Below the pieces are notes generated by a model, which worked only from the letters and a program-made list of their open reading frames with translations, made no database searches and had not been told where the DNA came from. Position numbers and translations under genes: made by a program. Positions 52,365 to 64,000 of a stretch of DNA of 64,000 bases are shown here, one piece after another (positions within the stretch are counted from its first letter, which is position 1; each line of letters starts with the position of its first letter). Location of the stretch: contig NC_052166.1 in assembly GCF_902713615.1 (NCBI RefSeq), positions 64,814,406-64,878,405 on the forward strand. Direction: 5' to 3'. The stretch comes from Scyliorhinus canicula. Lineage: Eukaryota.

Positions 52365-54292
52365 TGGCTGAGGCTGGGTTGAGCTGGACTGGGCTGGGAT
52401 GAGCTGGGTTAGGCTGGGTTGAGTTGAGCTGGGCTGGACTAGATAGGATTCGGCTGAGGTGAGCTGGGTTCTGTTCAACTGGGTTGGACTGGGCTGGGCT
52501 GAATTGAACTGGGCGAGTTTGAGCTCGGCTGGATTGAGTTGGAATGTGCTGGGTTAGCTGGGCTGGGTTGAGCTGAGGTTGTGCTGGGCTGGGTTGGGCT
52601 AGGCTGAGCTGGACTGTGTTGGGCTGGGCTGAGCTGGGCTGGGTTGAGTTGGGTTGGGTTGTGTTGGCTGGGTTGAGCTGGGCTGGGCTGATCTGAGCTG
52701 AGCTGGGTTGGGCAGGCTGGGTTGAGCTGCGCTGGGTTGAGCTGGGCTGTGTTGGGCTAGGCTGAGCTGGGCTAGGCTGAGCTGGGCTGGGTTGAGTTGG
52801 GCTGGGTTGAGCTGGAATGTGCTGGGTTAGCTGGGCTGGGCTGATCTGTGCTGAGCTGGGTTGGGCTGGGTTGAATTTTTTACAATAAACTAAGAGTACC
52901 CAATTATTTTTCCATTTAAGGGGCAATTTAGCTTGACCAATCCACCTACTCTGCTCATTGTTTGGGTTGTGGGGTGAGGCACACGAAGACACGGGGAGAA
53001 TGTGCAAACTCCGCATGGACAGTGACCCAGGGCTGCGATCAAACCCGGGTTCTCAGTGCTGTGAGGCAGCAGTGCTAATCACTGTCCACCGTGCTGCCCA
53101 GGCTGGGCTTAGTTGAACTGGGGTGCATTTGGCTGCTTGAGCAGGGCTGAGTTGAGCTGTGCTGAGCTGAGTTGAGATGGGCAGGGTTTAGCTGGAATGG
53201 GCTGGGTTCAGCTTGGTTGGGTTGAGCTGGGCTAGGCTGGGTTGGGTTAGGTTGAGCTGGGCTGAGCTGAGCTGGGCTAGGCTAGGTTGGGTTGAGCTGG
53301 GCTAGGCTGGCTTGGGTTGGGTTAGGTTAGGTTGATCTTGGCTGAGTTGGGTTGGGTTGAGCTGGGCTAGGCTGGCTTGGGTTGGGTTAGATTGAGCTGG
53401 GCTGAGCTGGGCTGGGTTGGGTTGGGTTAGGTTGAGTTGGGCTGGGCTGAGCTGGGCTAGGCTGGGTTCAGCTTGGTTAGGTTGAGCTGGGCTAGGCTGA
53501 GTTGGGTTAGATTGAGCTGGGCTGAGCTGGGCTTGGCTGGGCTGGGTTAGGTTGAGCTGGGCTGGGCTGAGCTGGGCTAGGCTGGGTTCAGCTTGGTTAG
53601 GTTGAGCTGGACTAGGCTGGGTTAGGTTGAGCTGGGCTGGGCTGAGCTGGGCTAGGCTGGGTTCAGCTTGGTTAGGTTGAGCTGGGCTAGGCTGGGTTGG
53701 GTTAGATTGAGCTGGGCTGGGCTGAGCTGGGCTAGGCTGGGTTGGGTTGAGCTGGGCTAGGCTGGGTTAGGTTGGGTTGGGTTAGGTTGAGCTGGGCTGG
53801 GCTGGGTTAGGTTGGGTTGGGTTAGGTTGAGCTGAGCTGGGCTAGGCTGGGTTGGGTTGAGCTGGGCTAGGCTGGGTTGGGTTAGGTTGAGCTGGGCTGA
53901 GCTGGGCTTGGCTGGGCTAGGCTGGGTTAGGTTGGGTTGGGTTAGGTTGAGCTGAGCTGGGCTAGGCTGGGTTGGGTTGAGCTGGGCTAGGCTGGGTTGG
54001 GTTAGGTTGAGCTGGGCTGAGCTGGGCTTGGCTGGGCTAGGCTGGGTTAGGTTGAGCTGGGCTGGGCTGAGCTGGGCTAGGCTGGGTTCAGCTTGGTTAG
54101 GTTGAGCTGGGCTAGGTTGGGTTAGGTTGAGCTCGGCTGGGCTAGGCTAGGCTGGGTTGGGTTAAGTTGAGCTGGGCTAGGCTGGGTTGGGTTAGGTTGA
54201 GCTGGGCTGGGCTGGGCTAGGCTGGGTTGGGTTAGGTTGAGCTGGGCTAGGCTGGGTTGGGTTAGGTTGAGCTGGGCTGAGCTGGGCTGGGT
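52365..54292 (+). repeat. G-rich pentamer tandem array (GAGCT/GGGCT/GGGTT/AGGCT/AGGTT), interrupted by a SINE
   Basis: Continuous 5-bp periodicity visible directly; more degenerate on the left, more homogeneous on the right. Confidence 0.95.
52875..53099 (-). mobile_element. V-SINE type B inserted in the pentamer array
   Basis: Same modules; pentamers continue on both sides. Confidence 0.85.
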
Positions 54293-54657
54293 AGTTGCCG
54301 CCTCCCATAGCCAGGTGGCGCTGTGGCGCGGTAAGTTGTAGCGCACGCGCAAGGTCAGAAGGGGCGGGGCGCGATGACTGACAGCGAGACGGACCAATAG
54401 GAGAATAGGAAAACTAACCCACTGCGGAAATCAAACAGAAACCCCGGCAACCAGAGAGGGAAACCCCGGAGCGGCCGGGAGGCGGGAGCACCGTTAGGGG
54501 AGGGGGTGGCAGCCGGGGGGAGCCAGTGGGCGGGGCAGCGGGGACGGGAGGGCGGGGCAGCGGGGACGGGACCGGAAACGGAAGCGCCTATAGGACAGCC
54601 CTCTGACCTTCACGCGTAACCCCGGAAGTGGTAGACGGGAAGCTCCACAGACTGGAA
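54293..54657 (+). promoter_or_regulatory. CpG-island housekeeping promoter and 5'UTR
   Basis: CpG-dense; NRF1-like GCGCACGCGC 54341-54350; GC boxes GGGCGGGGC (54362, ~54528, ~54550); CCAAT 54394; ETS/GABP sites ACCGGAAACGGAAG 54571 and CCGGAAGT 54622. Confidence 0.85.
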
Positions 54658-54660
54658 ATG
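54658..54660 (+). CDS. DPM2: ATG-only first coding exon, probably DPM2 (dolichol-phosphate mannosyltransferase subunit 2)
   Basis: GAAATG|GTAAGA right after the CpG promoter; human DPM2 lies directly downstream of FAM102A on the same strand and its first intron follows c.3. Identity rests on synteny only, as no further exons are in the window. Confidence 0.65.
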
Positions 54661-54674
54661 GTAAGAAATACAAA

Positions 54675-57600
54675 GAGAGAGAGAGAGAGAGAGTGACCAC
54701 TGACCACTGTGAGGGTCAGTACTGAGAGAGAGAGAGAGAGAGAGAGAGTGACCACTGTGTGGGTCAGTACTGAGAGAGTGACCACTGTGAGGGTCAGTAC
54801 TGAGAGAGTGACCACTGTGAGGGTCAGTACTGGGAGAGTGACCACTGTGAGGGTCAGTACTGAGAGAGTGACCACTGTGAGGGTCAGTACTGAGAGAGAG
54901 TGACCACTGTGAGGGTCAGTACTGAGAGAGAGAGTGACCACTGTGAGGGCCAGTACTGAGAGAGAGTGACCACTGTGAGGGTCAGTACTGAGAGAGAGTG
55001 GCCACTGTGAGGGTCAGTACTGAGAGAGAGTGGCCACTGTGAGGATCAGTACTGAGAGAGAGAGTGACCACTGAGGGTCAGTACTGAGAGAGAGAGAGAG
55101 AGAGAGAGAGTGACCACTGTGAGGGTCAGCACTGAGAGAGAGAGAGTGACCACTGTGAGGGTCAGTACTGAGAGAGAGTGACCACTGAGGGTCAGTACTG
55201 GGTGAGATAGAGTTAGTGCTGTGAGGGTCAGTACTGGGGGAGAGAGAGTGACCACTGTGTGGGTCAGTACTGGGAGAGAGAGTGACCACTGTGAGGGTCA
55301 GTACTGAGAGAGAGTGACCACTGTGTGGGTCAGTACTGAGAGAGTGACCACTGTGAGGGTCAGCACTGAGAGAGAGTGACCACTGTGTGGGTCAGTACTG
55401 GGAGAGAGAGTGATCACTGTGTGGGTCAGTACTGGGAGAGAGAGTGACCACTGAGGGTCAGTACTGAGAGAGAGTGACCACTGTGAGGGTCAGTACTGAG
55501 AGAGAGAGTGACCACTGAGGGTCAGTACTGAGAGAGAGAGTGACCACTGTGTGGGTCAGTACTGAGAGAGAGTGACCACTGTGAGGGTCAGTACTGAGAG
55601 AGAGTGACCACTGTGAGGGTCAGTACTGAGAGAGAGTGGCCACTGTGAGGGTCAGTACTGGGAGAGAGAGTGACCACTGTGGGTCAGTACTGGGAGAGAG
55701 AGTGACCACTGAGGGTCAGTACTGAGAGAGTGACCACTGTGAGGGTCAGTACTGAGAGAGTGACCACTGTGTGGGTCAGTACTGGGAGAGAGAGTGATCA
55801 CTGTGAGGGTCATTACTGAGAGAGAGTGACCACTGTGAGGGTCAGTACTGAGAGAGAGAGAGTGACCACTGTGTGGGTCAGTACTGGGAGAGTGACCACT
55901 GTGTGGGTCAGTACTGAGCGAGAGAGTGACCACTGAGGGTCAGTACTGAGAGAGAGTGACCACTGTGAGGGTCAGCACTGAGAGAGAGTGACCACTGTGA
56001 GGGTCAGTACTGAGAGAGAATGACCACAGTGAGGGTCAGTACTGAGAGAGAGAGAGAGAGAGAGAGTGACCACTGTGTGGGTCAGTACTGAGAGAGTGAC
56101 CACTGAGGGTCAGTACTGGGAGAGAGAGTGACCACTGTGTGGGTCAGTACTGGGAGAGAGAGTGACCACTGAGGGTCAGTACTGAGAGAGTGACCACTGT
56201 GAGGGTCAGTACTGAGAGAGAGTGACCACTGTGTGGGTCAGTACTGGGAGAGAGAGTGATCACTGTGAGGGTCAGTACTGAGAGAGAGTGACCACTGTGA
56301 GGGTCAGTACTGAGAGAGAGAGAGTGACCACTGTGTGGGTCAGTACTGGGAGAGAGTGACCACTGTGTGGGTCAGTACTGAGCGAGAGAGTGACCACTGA
56401 GGGTCAGTACTGAGAGAGAGTGACCACTGTGAGTGTCAGCACTGAGAGAGAGAGTGACCACAGTGAGGGTCAGTACTGAGAGAGAGAGAATGACCACAGT
56501 GAGGGTCAGTACTGAGAGAGAGAGAGTGACCACTGTGTGGGTCAGTACTGGGAGAGAGTGACCACTGTGTGGGTCAGTACTGAGAGAGAGTGTGACCACT
56601 GTGGGTCAGTACTGAGAGAGTGACCACTGAGGGTCAGTACTGAGAGAGAGAGAGAGAGAGAGTGACCACAGTGAGGGTCAGTACTGAGAGAGAGAGTGAC
56701 CACTGTGTGGGTCAGTACTGAGAGAGAGAGTGACCACTGTGAGGGTCAGCACTGAGAGAGAGAGACCACTGTATGGGTCAGTACTGAGAGAGTGACCACT
56801 GTGAGGGTCAGTACTGAGAGAGAGAGTGACCACTGTGAGGGTCAGTACTGGGAGAGAGAGTGACCACAGTGAGGGTCAGTACTGGGAGAGAGAGTGACCA
56901 CTGTGAGGGTCAGTACTAAGAGAGAGTGACCACTGTGTGGGTCAGTACTGGGAGAGAGAGTGACCACTGTGTGGGTCAGTACTGGGAGATAGAGTGACCA
57001 CTGAGGGTCAGTACTGAGAGAGAGAGTGACCACTGTGTGGGTCAGTACTGAGAGAGTGACCACTGTGAGGGTCAGTACTGAGAGAGAGAGTGACCACTGT
57101 GAGGGTCAGTACTGGGAGAGAGAGTGACCACTGTGAGGGTCAGTACTGGGAGAGAGAGTGACCACTGTGAGGGTCAGTACTAAGAGAGAGTGACCACTGT
57201 GTGGGTCAGTATTGAGAGAGAGTGACCACTGTGTGGGTCAGTACTGGGAGAGAGAGTGACCACTGTGTGGGTCAGTACTGGGAGATAGAGTGACCACTGT
57301 GAGGGTCAGTACTGAGAGAGAGAGTGACCACTGTGAGGGTCAGCACTGAGAGAGAGTGACCACTGTGAGGGTCAGTACTGGGAGAGAGTGACCACTGTGA
57401 GGGTCAGTACTGAGAGAGAGAGAGTGACCACTGAGGGTCAGTACTGAGAGAGAGAGTGACCACTGTGAGGGTCAGTACTAAGAGAGAGTGACCACTGTGT
57501 GGGTCAGTACTGGGAGAGAGAGTGACCACTGTGTGGGTCAGCACTGCGAGAGAGAGAGTGACCACTGAGAGGGTCAGCACTGAGAGAGAGTGACCACTGT

Positions 57601-60600
57601 GAGGGTCAGCACTGAGAGAGAGAGAGACCACTGTATGGGTCAGTACTGAGAGAGTGACCACTGTGAGGGTCAGTACTGAGAGAGAGAGTGACCACTGTGA
57701 GGGTCAGTACTGGGAGAGAGAGTGACCACTGTGAGGGTCAGTACTAAGAGAGAGTGACCACTGTGTGGGTCAGTACTGGGAGAGAGAGTGACCACTGTGT
57801 GGGTCAGTACTGGGAGATAGAGTGACCACTGAGGGTCAGTACTGAGAGAGAGAGAGAGTGACCACTGTGAGGGTCAGCACTGAGAGAGAGTGACCACTGT
57901 GAGGGTCAGCACTGAGAGAGAGTATGACCACTGAGGGTCAGTACTGAGAGAGAGAGTGACCACTGTGAGGGTCAGCACTGAGAGAGAGTGACCACTGTGA
58001 GGGTCAGCACTGAGAGAGAGAGAGAGAGAGAGAGATAGACCACTGTGAGGGTCAGTACTGAGAGAGTGACCACAGTGAGGGTCAGTACTGAGAGAGATAG
58101 ACCACTGTGAGGGTCAGTACTGAGAGAGAGTGACCACTGTGAGGGTCAGTACTGGGTGAGATAGAGTTAGTGCTGTGAGGGTCAGTACTGGGGGAGAGAG
58201 AGTGACCACTGTGAGGGTCAGTACTGAGAGAGAGAGAGAGTGACCACAGTGTGGGTCAGTACTGAGAGAGAGAGAGAGAGTGACCACAGTGTGGGTCAGT
58301 ACTGAGAGAGTGACCACAGTGGGTCAGTACTGAGAGAGAGTGACCACTGTGAGGGTCAGTACTGAGAGAGAGAGAGAATGACCACAGTGAGGGTCAGTAC
58401 TGAGAGAGAGAGAGTGACCACTGTGTGGGTCAGTAATGGGAGAGAGTGACCAGTGTGAGGGTCAGTACTGAGAGAGAGAGAGTGACCACTGTGTGGGTCA
58501 GTACTGAGACAGAATGACCACTGTGTGGGTCAGTACTGAGAGAGAGTGTGACCACTGTGGGTCAGTACTGAGAGAGAGTGACCACTGTGAGGGTCAGTAC
58601 TGGGAGAGAGAGTGACCACTGTGAGGGTCAGTACTGGGAGAGAGAGTGACCACTGTGAGGGTCAGTACTAAGAGAGAGTGACCACTGTGTGGGTCAGTAC
58701 TGGGAGAGAGAGTGACCACTGTGTGGGTCAGCACTGAGAGAGAGAGACCACTGTATGGGTCAGTACTGAGAGAGAGTGACCACTGTGAGGGTCAGTACTG
58801 GGAGAGAGAGTGACCACTGAGGGTCAGTACTGGGAGAGAGAGTGACCACTGTGAGGGTCAGTACTAAGAGAGAGTGACCACTGTGTGGGTCAGTACTGGG
58901 AGAGAGAGTGACCACTGTGTGGGTCAGTACTGGGAGAGAGAGTGACCACTGTGTGGGTCAGTACTGGGAGATAGAGTGACCACTGAGGGTCAGTACTGAG
59001 AGAGAGAGTGACCACTGTGAGGGTCAGCACTGAGAGAGAGAGAGTGACCACTGAGGGTCAGTACTGAGAGAGAGAGTGACCACTGTGTGGGTCAGCACTG
59101 AGAGAGAGAGTGACCACTGAGGGTCAGTACTGAGAGAGAGAGTGACCACTGTGAGGGTCAGCACTGAGAGAGAGTGACCACTGTGTGGGTCAGTACTGGG
59201 AGAGAGAGTGACCACTGAGGGTCAGTACTGAGAGAGAGAGAGAATGACCACAGTGAGGGTCAGTACTGAGAGAGAGAGAGTGACCACTGTGAGGGTCAGT
59301 ACTGAGAGAGAGTGGCCACTGTGAGGGTCAGTACTGAGAGAGTGGCCACTGTGAGGATCAGTACTGAGAGAGAGAGTGACCACTGAGGGTCAGTACTGAG
59401 AGAGAGAGTGACCACTGTGAGGGTCAGCACTGAGAGAGAGAGAGAGAGAGTGACCACTGTGAGGGTCAGTACTGAGAGAGAGAGAGAGAGAGAGTGACCA
59501 CTGTGAGGGTCAGCACTGAGAGAGAGAGTGACCACTGTGAGGGTCAGTACTGAGAGAGAGTGACCACTGAGGGTCAGTACTGGGTGAGATAGAGTTAGTG
59601 CTGTGAGGGTCAGTACTGGGGGAGAGAGAGTGACCACTGTGTGGGTCAGTACTGGGAGAGAGAGTGACCACTGTGAGGGTCAGTACTGAGAGAGAGTGAC
59701 CACTGTGTGGGTCAGTACTGAGAGAGTGACCACTGTGAGGGTCAGCACTGAGAGAGAGTGACCACTGTGTGGGTCAGTACTGGGAGAGAGAGTGATCACT
59801 GTGTGGGTCAGTACTGGGAGAGAGAGTGACCACTGAGGGTCAGTACTGAGAGAGAGTGACCACTGTGAGGGTCAGTACTGAGAGAGAGAGTGACCACTGA
59901 GGGTCAGTACTGAGAGAGAGAGTGACCACTGTGTGGGTCAGTACTGAGAGAGAGTGACCACTGTGAGGGTCAGTACTGAGAGAGAGTGACCACTGTGAGG
60001 GTCAGTACTGAGAGAGAGTGGCCACTGTGAGGGTCAGTACTGGGAGAGAGAGTGACCACTGTGTGGGTCAGTACTGGGAGAGAGAGTGACCACTGAGGGT
60101 CAGTACTGAGAGAGTGACCACTGTGAGGGTCAGTACTGAGAGAGTGACCACTGTGTGGGTCAGTACTGGGAGAGAGAGTGATCACTGTGAGGGTCATTAC
60201 TGAGAGAGAGTGACCACTGTGAGGGTCAGTACTGAGAGAGAGAGAGTGACCACTGTGTGGGTCAGTACTGGGAGAGTGACCACTGTGTGGGTCAGTACTG
60301 AGCGAGAGAGTGACCACTGAGGGTCAGTACTGAGAGAGAGTGACCACTGTGAGGGTCAGCACTGAGAGAGAGTGACCACTGTGAGGGTCAGTACTGAGAG
60401 AGAATGACCACAGTGAGGGTCAGTACTGAGAGAGAGAGAGAGAGAGAGTGACCACTGTGTGGGTCAGTACTGAGAGAGTGACCACTGAGGGTCAGTACTG
60501 GGAGAGAGAGTGACCACTGTGTGGGTCAGTACTGGGAGAGAGAGTGACCACTGAGGGTCAGTACTGAGAGAGTGACCACTGTGAGGGTCAGTACTGAGAG

Positions 60601-63600
60601 AGAGTGACCACTGTGTGGGTCAGTACTGGGAGAGAGAGTGATCACTGTGAGGGTCAGTACTGAGAGAGAGTGACCACTGTGAGGGTCAGTACTGAGAGAG
60701 AGAGAGTGACCACTGTGTGGGTCAGTACTGGGAGAGAGTGACCACTGTGTGGGTCAGTACTGAGCGAGAGAGTGACCACTGAGGGTCAGTACTGAGAGAG
60801 AGTGACCACTGTGAGTGTCAGCACTGAGAGAGAGAGTGACCACAGTGAGGGTCAGTACTGAGAGAGAGAGAATGACCACAGTGAGGGTCAGTACTGAGAG
60901 AGAGAGAGTGACCACTGTGTGGGTCAGTACTGGGAGAGAGTGACCACTGTGTGGGTCAGTACTGAGAGAGAGTGTGACCACTGTGGGTCAGTACTGAGAG
61001 AGTGACCACTGAGGGTCAGTACTGAGAGAGAGAGAGAGAGAGAGTGACCACAGTGAGGGTCAGCACTGAGAGAGAGAGACCACTGTATGGGTCAGTACTG
61101 AGAGAGTGACCACTGTGAGGGTCAGTACTGAGAGAGAGAGTGACCACTGTGAGGGTCAGTACTGGGAGAGAGAGTGACCACAGTGAGGGTCAGTACTGGG
61201 AGAGAGAGTGACCACTGTGAGGGTCAGTACTAAGAGAGAGTGACCACTGTGTGGGTCAGTACTGGGAGAGAGAGTGACCACTGTGTGGGTCAGTACTGGG
61301 AGATAGAGTGACCACTGAGGGTCAGTACTGAGAGAGAGAGTGACCACTGTGTGGGTCAGTACTGAGAGAGTGACCACTGTGAGGGTCAGTACTGAGAGAG
61401 AGAGTGACCACTGTGAGGGTCAGTACTGGGAGAGAGAGTGACCACTGTGAGGGTCAGTACTGGGAGAGAGAGTGACCACTGTGAGGGTCAGTACTAAGAG
61501 AGAGTGACCACTGTGTGGGTCAGTATTGAGAGAGAGTGACCACTGTGTGGGTCAGTACTGGGAGAGAGAGTGACCACTGTGTGGGTCAGTACTGGGAGAT
61601 AGAGTGACCACTGTGAGGGTCAGTACTGAGAGAGAGAGTGACCACTGTGAGGGTCAGCACTGAGAGAGAGTGACCACTGTGAGGGTCAGTACTGGGAGAG
61701 AGTGACCACTGTGAGGGTCAGTACTGAGAGAGAGAGAGTGACCACTGAGGGTCAGTACTGAGAGAGAGAGTGACCACTGTGAGGGTCAGTACTAAGAGAG
61801 AGTGACCACTGTGTGGGTCAGTACTGGGAGAGAGAGTGACCACTGTGTGGGTCAGCACTGCGAGAGAGAGAGTGACCACTGTGAGGGTCAGCACTGAGAG
61901 AGAGTGACCACTGTGAGGGTCAGCACTGAGAGAGAGAGAGACCACTGTATGGGTCAGTACTGAGAGAGTGACCACTGTGAGGGTCAGTACTGAGAGAGAG
62001 AGTGACCACTGTGAGGGTCAGTACTGGGAGAGAGAGTGACCACTGTGAGGGTCAGTACTAAGAGAGAGTGACCACTGTGTGGGTCAGTACTGGGAGAGAG
62101 AGTGACCACTGTGTGGGTCAGTACTGGGAGATAGAGTGACCACTGAGGGTCAGTACTGAGAGAGAGAGAGAGAGTGACCACTGTGAGGGTCAGCACTGAG
62201 AGAGAGTGACCACTGTGAGGGTCAGCACTGAGAGAGAGTATGACCACTGAGGGTCAGTACTGAGAGAGAGAGTGACCACTGTGAGGGTCAGCACTGAGAG
62301 AGAGTGACCACTGTGAGGGTCAGCACTGAGAGAGAGAGAGAGAGAGAGAGAGATAGACCACTGTGAGGGTCAGTACTGAGAGAGTGACCACAGTGAGGGT
62401 CAGTACTGAGAGAGATAGACCACTGTGAGGGTCAGTACTGAGAGAGAGTGACCACTGTGAGGGTCAGTACTGGGTGAGATAGAGTTAGTGCTGTGAGGGT
62501 CAGTACTGGGGGAGAGAGAGTGACCACTGTGAGGGTCAGTACTGAGAGAGAGAGAGAGTGACCACAGTGTGGGTCAGTACTGAGAGAGAGAGAGAGAGTG
62601 ACCACAGTGTGGGTCAGTACTGAGAGAGTGACCACAGTGGGTCAGTACTGAGAGAGAGTGACCACTGTGAGGGTCAGTACTGAGAGAGAGAGAGAATGAC
62701 CACAGTGAGGGTCAGTACTGAGAGAGAGAGAGTGACCACTGTGTGGGTCAGTAATGGGAGAGAGTGACCAGTGTGAGGGTCAGTACTGAGAGAGAGAGAG
62801 TGACCACTGTGTGGGTCAGTACTGAGACAGAATGACCACTGTGTGGGTCAGTACTGAGAGAGAGTGTGACCACTGTGGGTCAGTACTGAGAGAGAGTGAC
62901 CACTGTGAGGGTCAGTACTGGGAGAGAGAGTGACCACTGTGAGGGTCAGTACTGGGAGAGAGAGTGACCACTGTGAGGGTCAGTACTAAGAGAGAGTGAC
63001 CACTGTGTGGGTCAGTACTGGGAGAGAGAGTGACCACTGTGTGGGTCAGCACTGAGAGAGAGAGACCACTGTATGGGTCAGTACTGAGAGAGAGTGACCA
63101 CTGTGAGGGTCAGTACTGGGAGAGAGAGTGACCACTGAGGGTCAGTACTGGGAGAGAGAGTGACCACTGTGAGGGTCAGTACTAAGAGAGAGTGACCACT
63201 GTGTGGGTCAGTACTGGGAGAGAGAGTGACCACTGTGTGGGTCAGTACTGGGAGATAGAGTGACCACTGAGGGTCAGTACTGAGAGAGAGAGTGACCACT
63301 GTGAGGGTCAGCACTGAGAGAGAGAGAGTGACCACTGAGGGTCAGTACTGAGAGAGAGAGTGACCACTGTGTGGGTCAGCACTGAGAGAGAGAGTGACCA
63401 CTGAGGGTCAGTACTGAGAGAGAGAGTGACCACTGTGAGGGTCAGCACTGAGAGAGAGTGACCACTGTGTGGGTCAGTACTGGGAGAGAGAGTGACCACT
63501 GTGAGGGTCAGCACTGAGAGAGAGTGACCACTGTGAGGGTCAGTACTGAGTGAGAGAGAGAGATAGACCACTGTGAGGGTCAGTACTGAGAGAGTGACCA

Positions 63601-64000
63601 CAGTGAGGGTCAGTACTGAGAGAGAGAGAGAATGACCACAGTGAGGGTCAGTACTGAGAGAGAGAGAGTGACCACTGTGAGGGTCAGTACTGAGAGAGTG
63701 ACCACAGTGAGGGTCAGTACTGAGAGAGAGAGAGAATGACCACAGTGAGGGTCAGTACTGAGAGAGAGAGAGTGACCACTGTGTGGGTCAGTACTGAGGG
63801 AGAGAGTGACCACTGTGAGGGTCAGTACTGAGAGAGAGAGTGACCACTGTGTGGGTCAGTACTGGGAGAGAGAGTGACCACTGTGAGGGCCAGTACTGAG
63901 AGAGAGAGAGAGAGTGACCACTGTGGGTCAGTACTGAGCGAGTGTGACCGCTGTGAGGGTCAATACTGAGAGAGTGACCACTGTGAGGGTCAGTACTGAG
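54675..64000 (+). repeat. Satellite of ~28-48 bp units GTGACCACTGTGAGGGTCAGTACT(GA)n with a ~4.3 kb higher-order duplication; runs off the window end
   Basis: Unit seen directly; diagnostic variants recur at offsets of 4314-4384 bp. Confidence 0.97.

Noticed and set aside
54325-54336. GCG|GTAAGT donor-like site upstream of the promoter motifs
   Set aside because: Lies upstream of the CCAAT/GC/ETS motifs with no exon evidence; the ATG|GTAAGA donor fits better
52297-54397. PAQ/PTQ-rich ORFs (239 aa, 91 aa)
   Set aside because: Translation of the pentamer array plus a SINE
54588-63813. Many MVTLS... ORFs and a superficial CRISPR-like repeat/spacer look
   Set aside because: Satellite translations; the spacers are (GA)n length variants rather than unique sequences, there are no cas genes, and the context is eukaryotic

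Overview
Vertebrate genomic DNA, almost certainly from an elasmobranch (shark), judged by dense HE1/V-SINE-type tRNA-SINEs and CR1, L1, L2 and Rex1 fragments. Three gene-level units can be read. (1) The last eight coding exons of FAM102A/EEIG1 (+, 2386-27402), with consistent splice phases and probably a long 3'UTR running to about 35.45 kb. (2) A complete, intact 3-exon gene on the minus strand (51712-41071, 257 aa) that the ORF track shows only in part. It encodes a signal peptide, one mannose-6-phosphate-receptor-homology (MRH) domain, a TM helix and a CD-MPR/Atg27-like tail, with apparently degenerate sugar-binding residues. (3) A CpG-island housekeeping promoter (54.3-54.66 kb) ending in an ATG-only first exon, which by synteny and exon structure is most likely DPM2. 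This promoter is flanked upstream by a ~1.9 kb GAGCT/GGGCT pentamer array resembling immunoglobulin switch-mu DNA. Downstream lies a >9 kb satellite with a ~4.3 kb higher-order duplication, whose units carry RAG-type heptamers. Other elements are three solo LTRs with 5-bp TSDs, a G/TG minisatellite, and SINE subfamilies that appear to use three different LINE partners. Family assignments come from recalled motifs, not database searches, and repeat boundaries are approximate.
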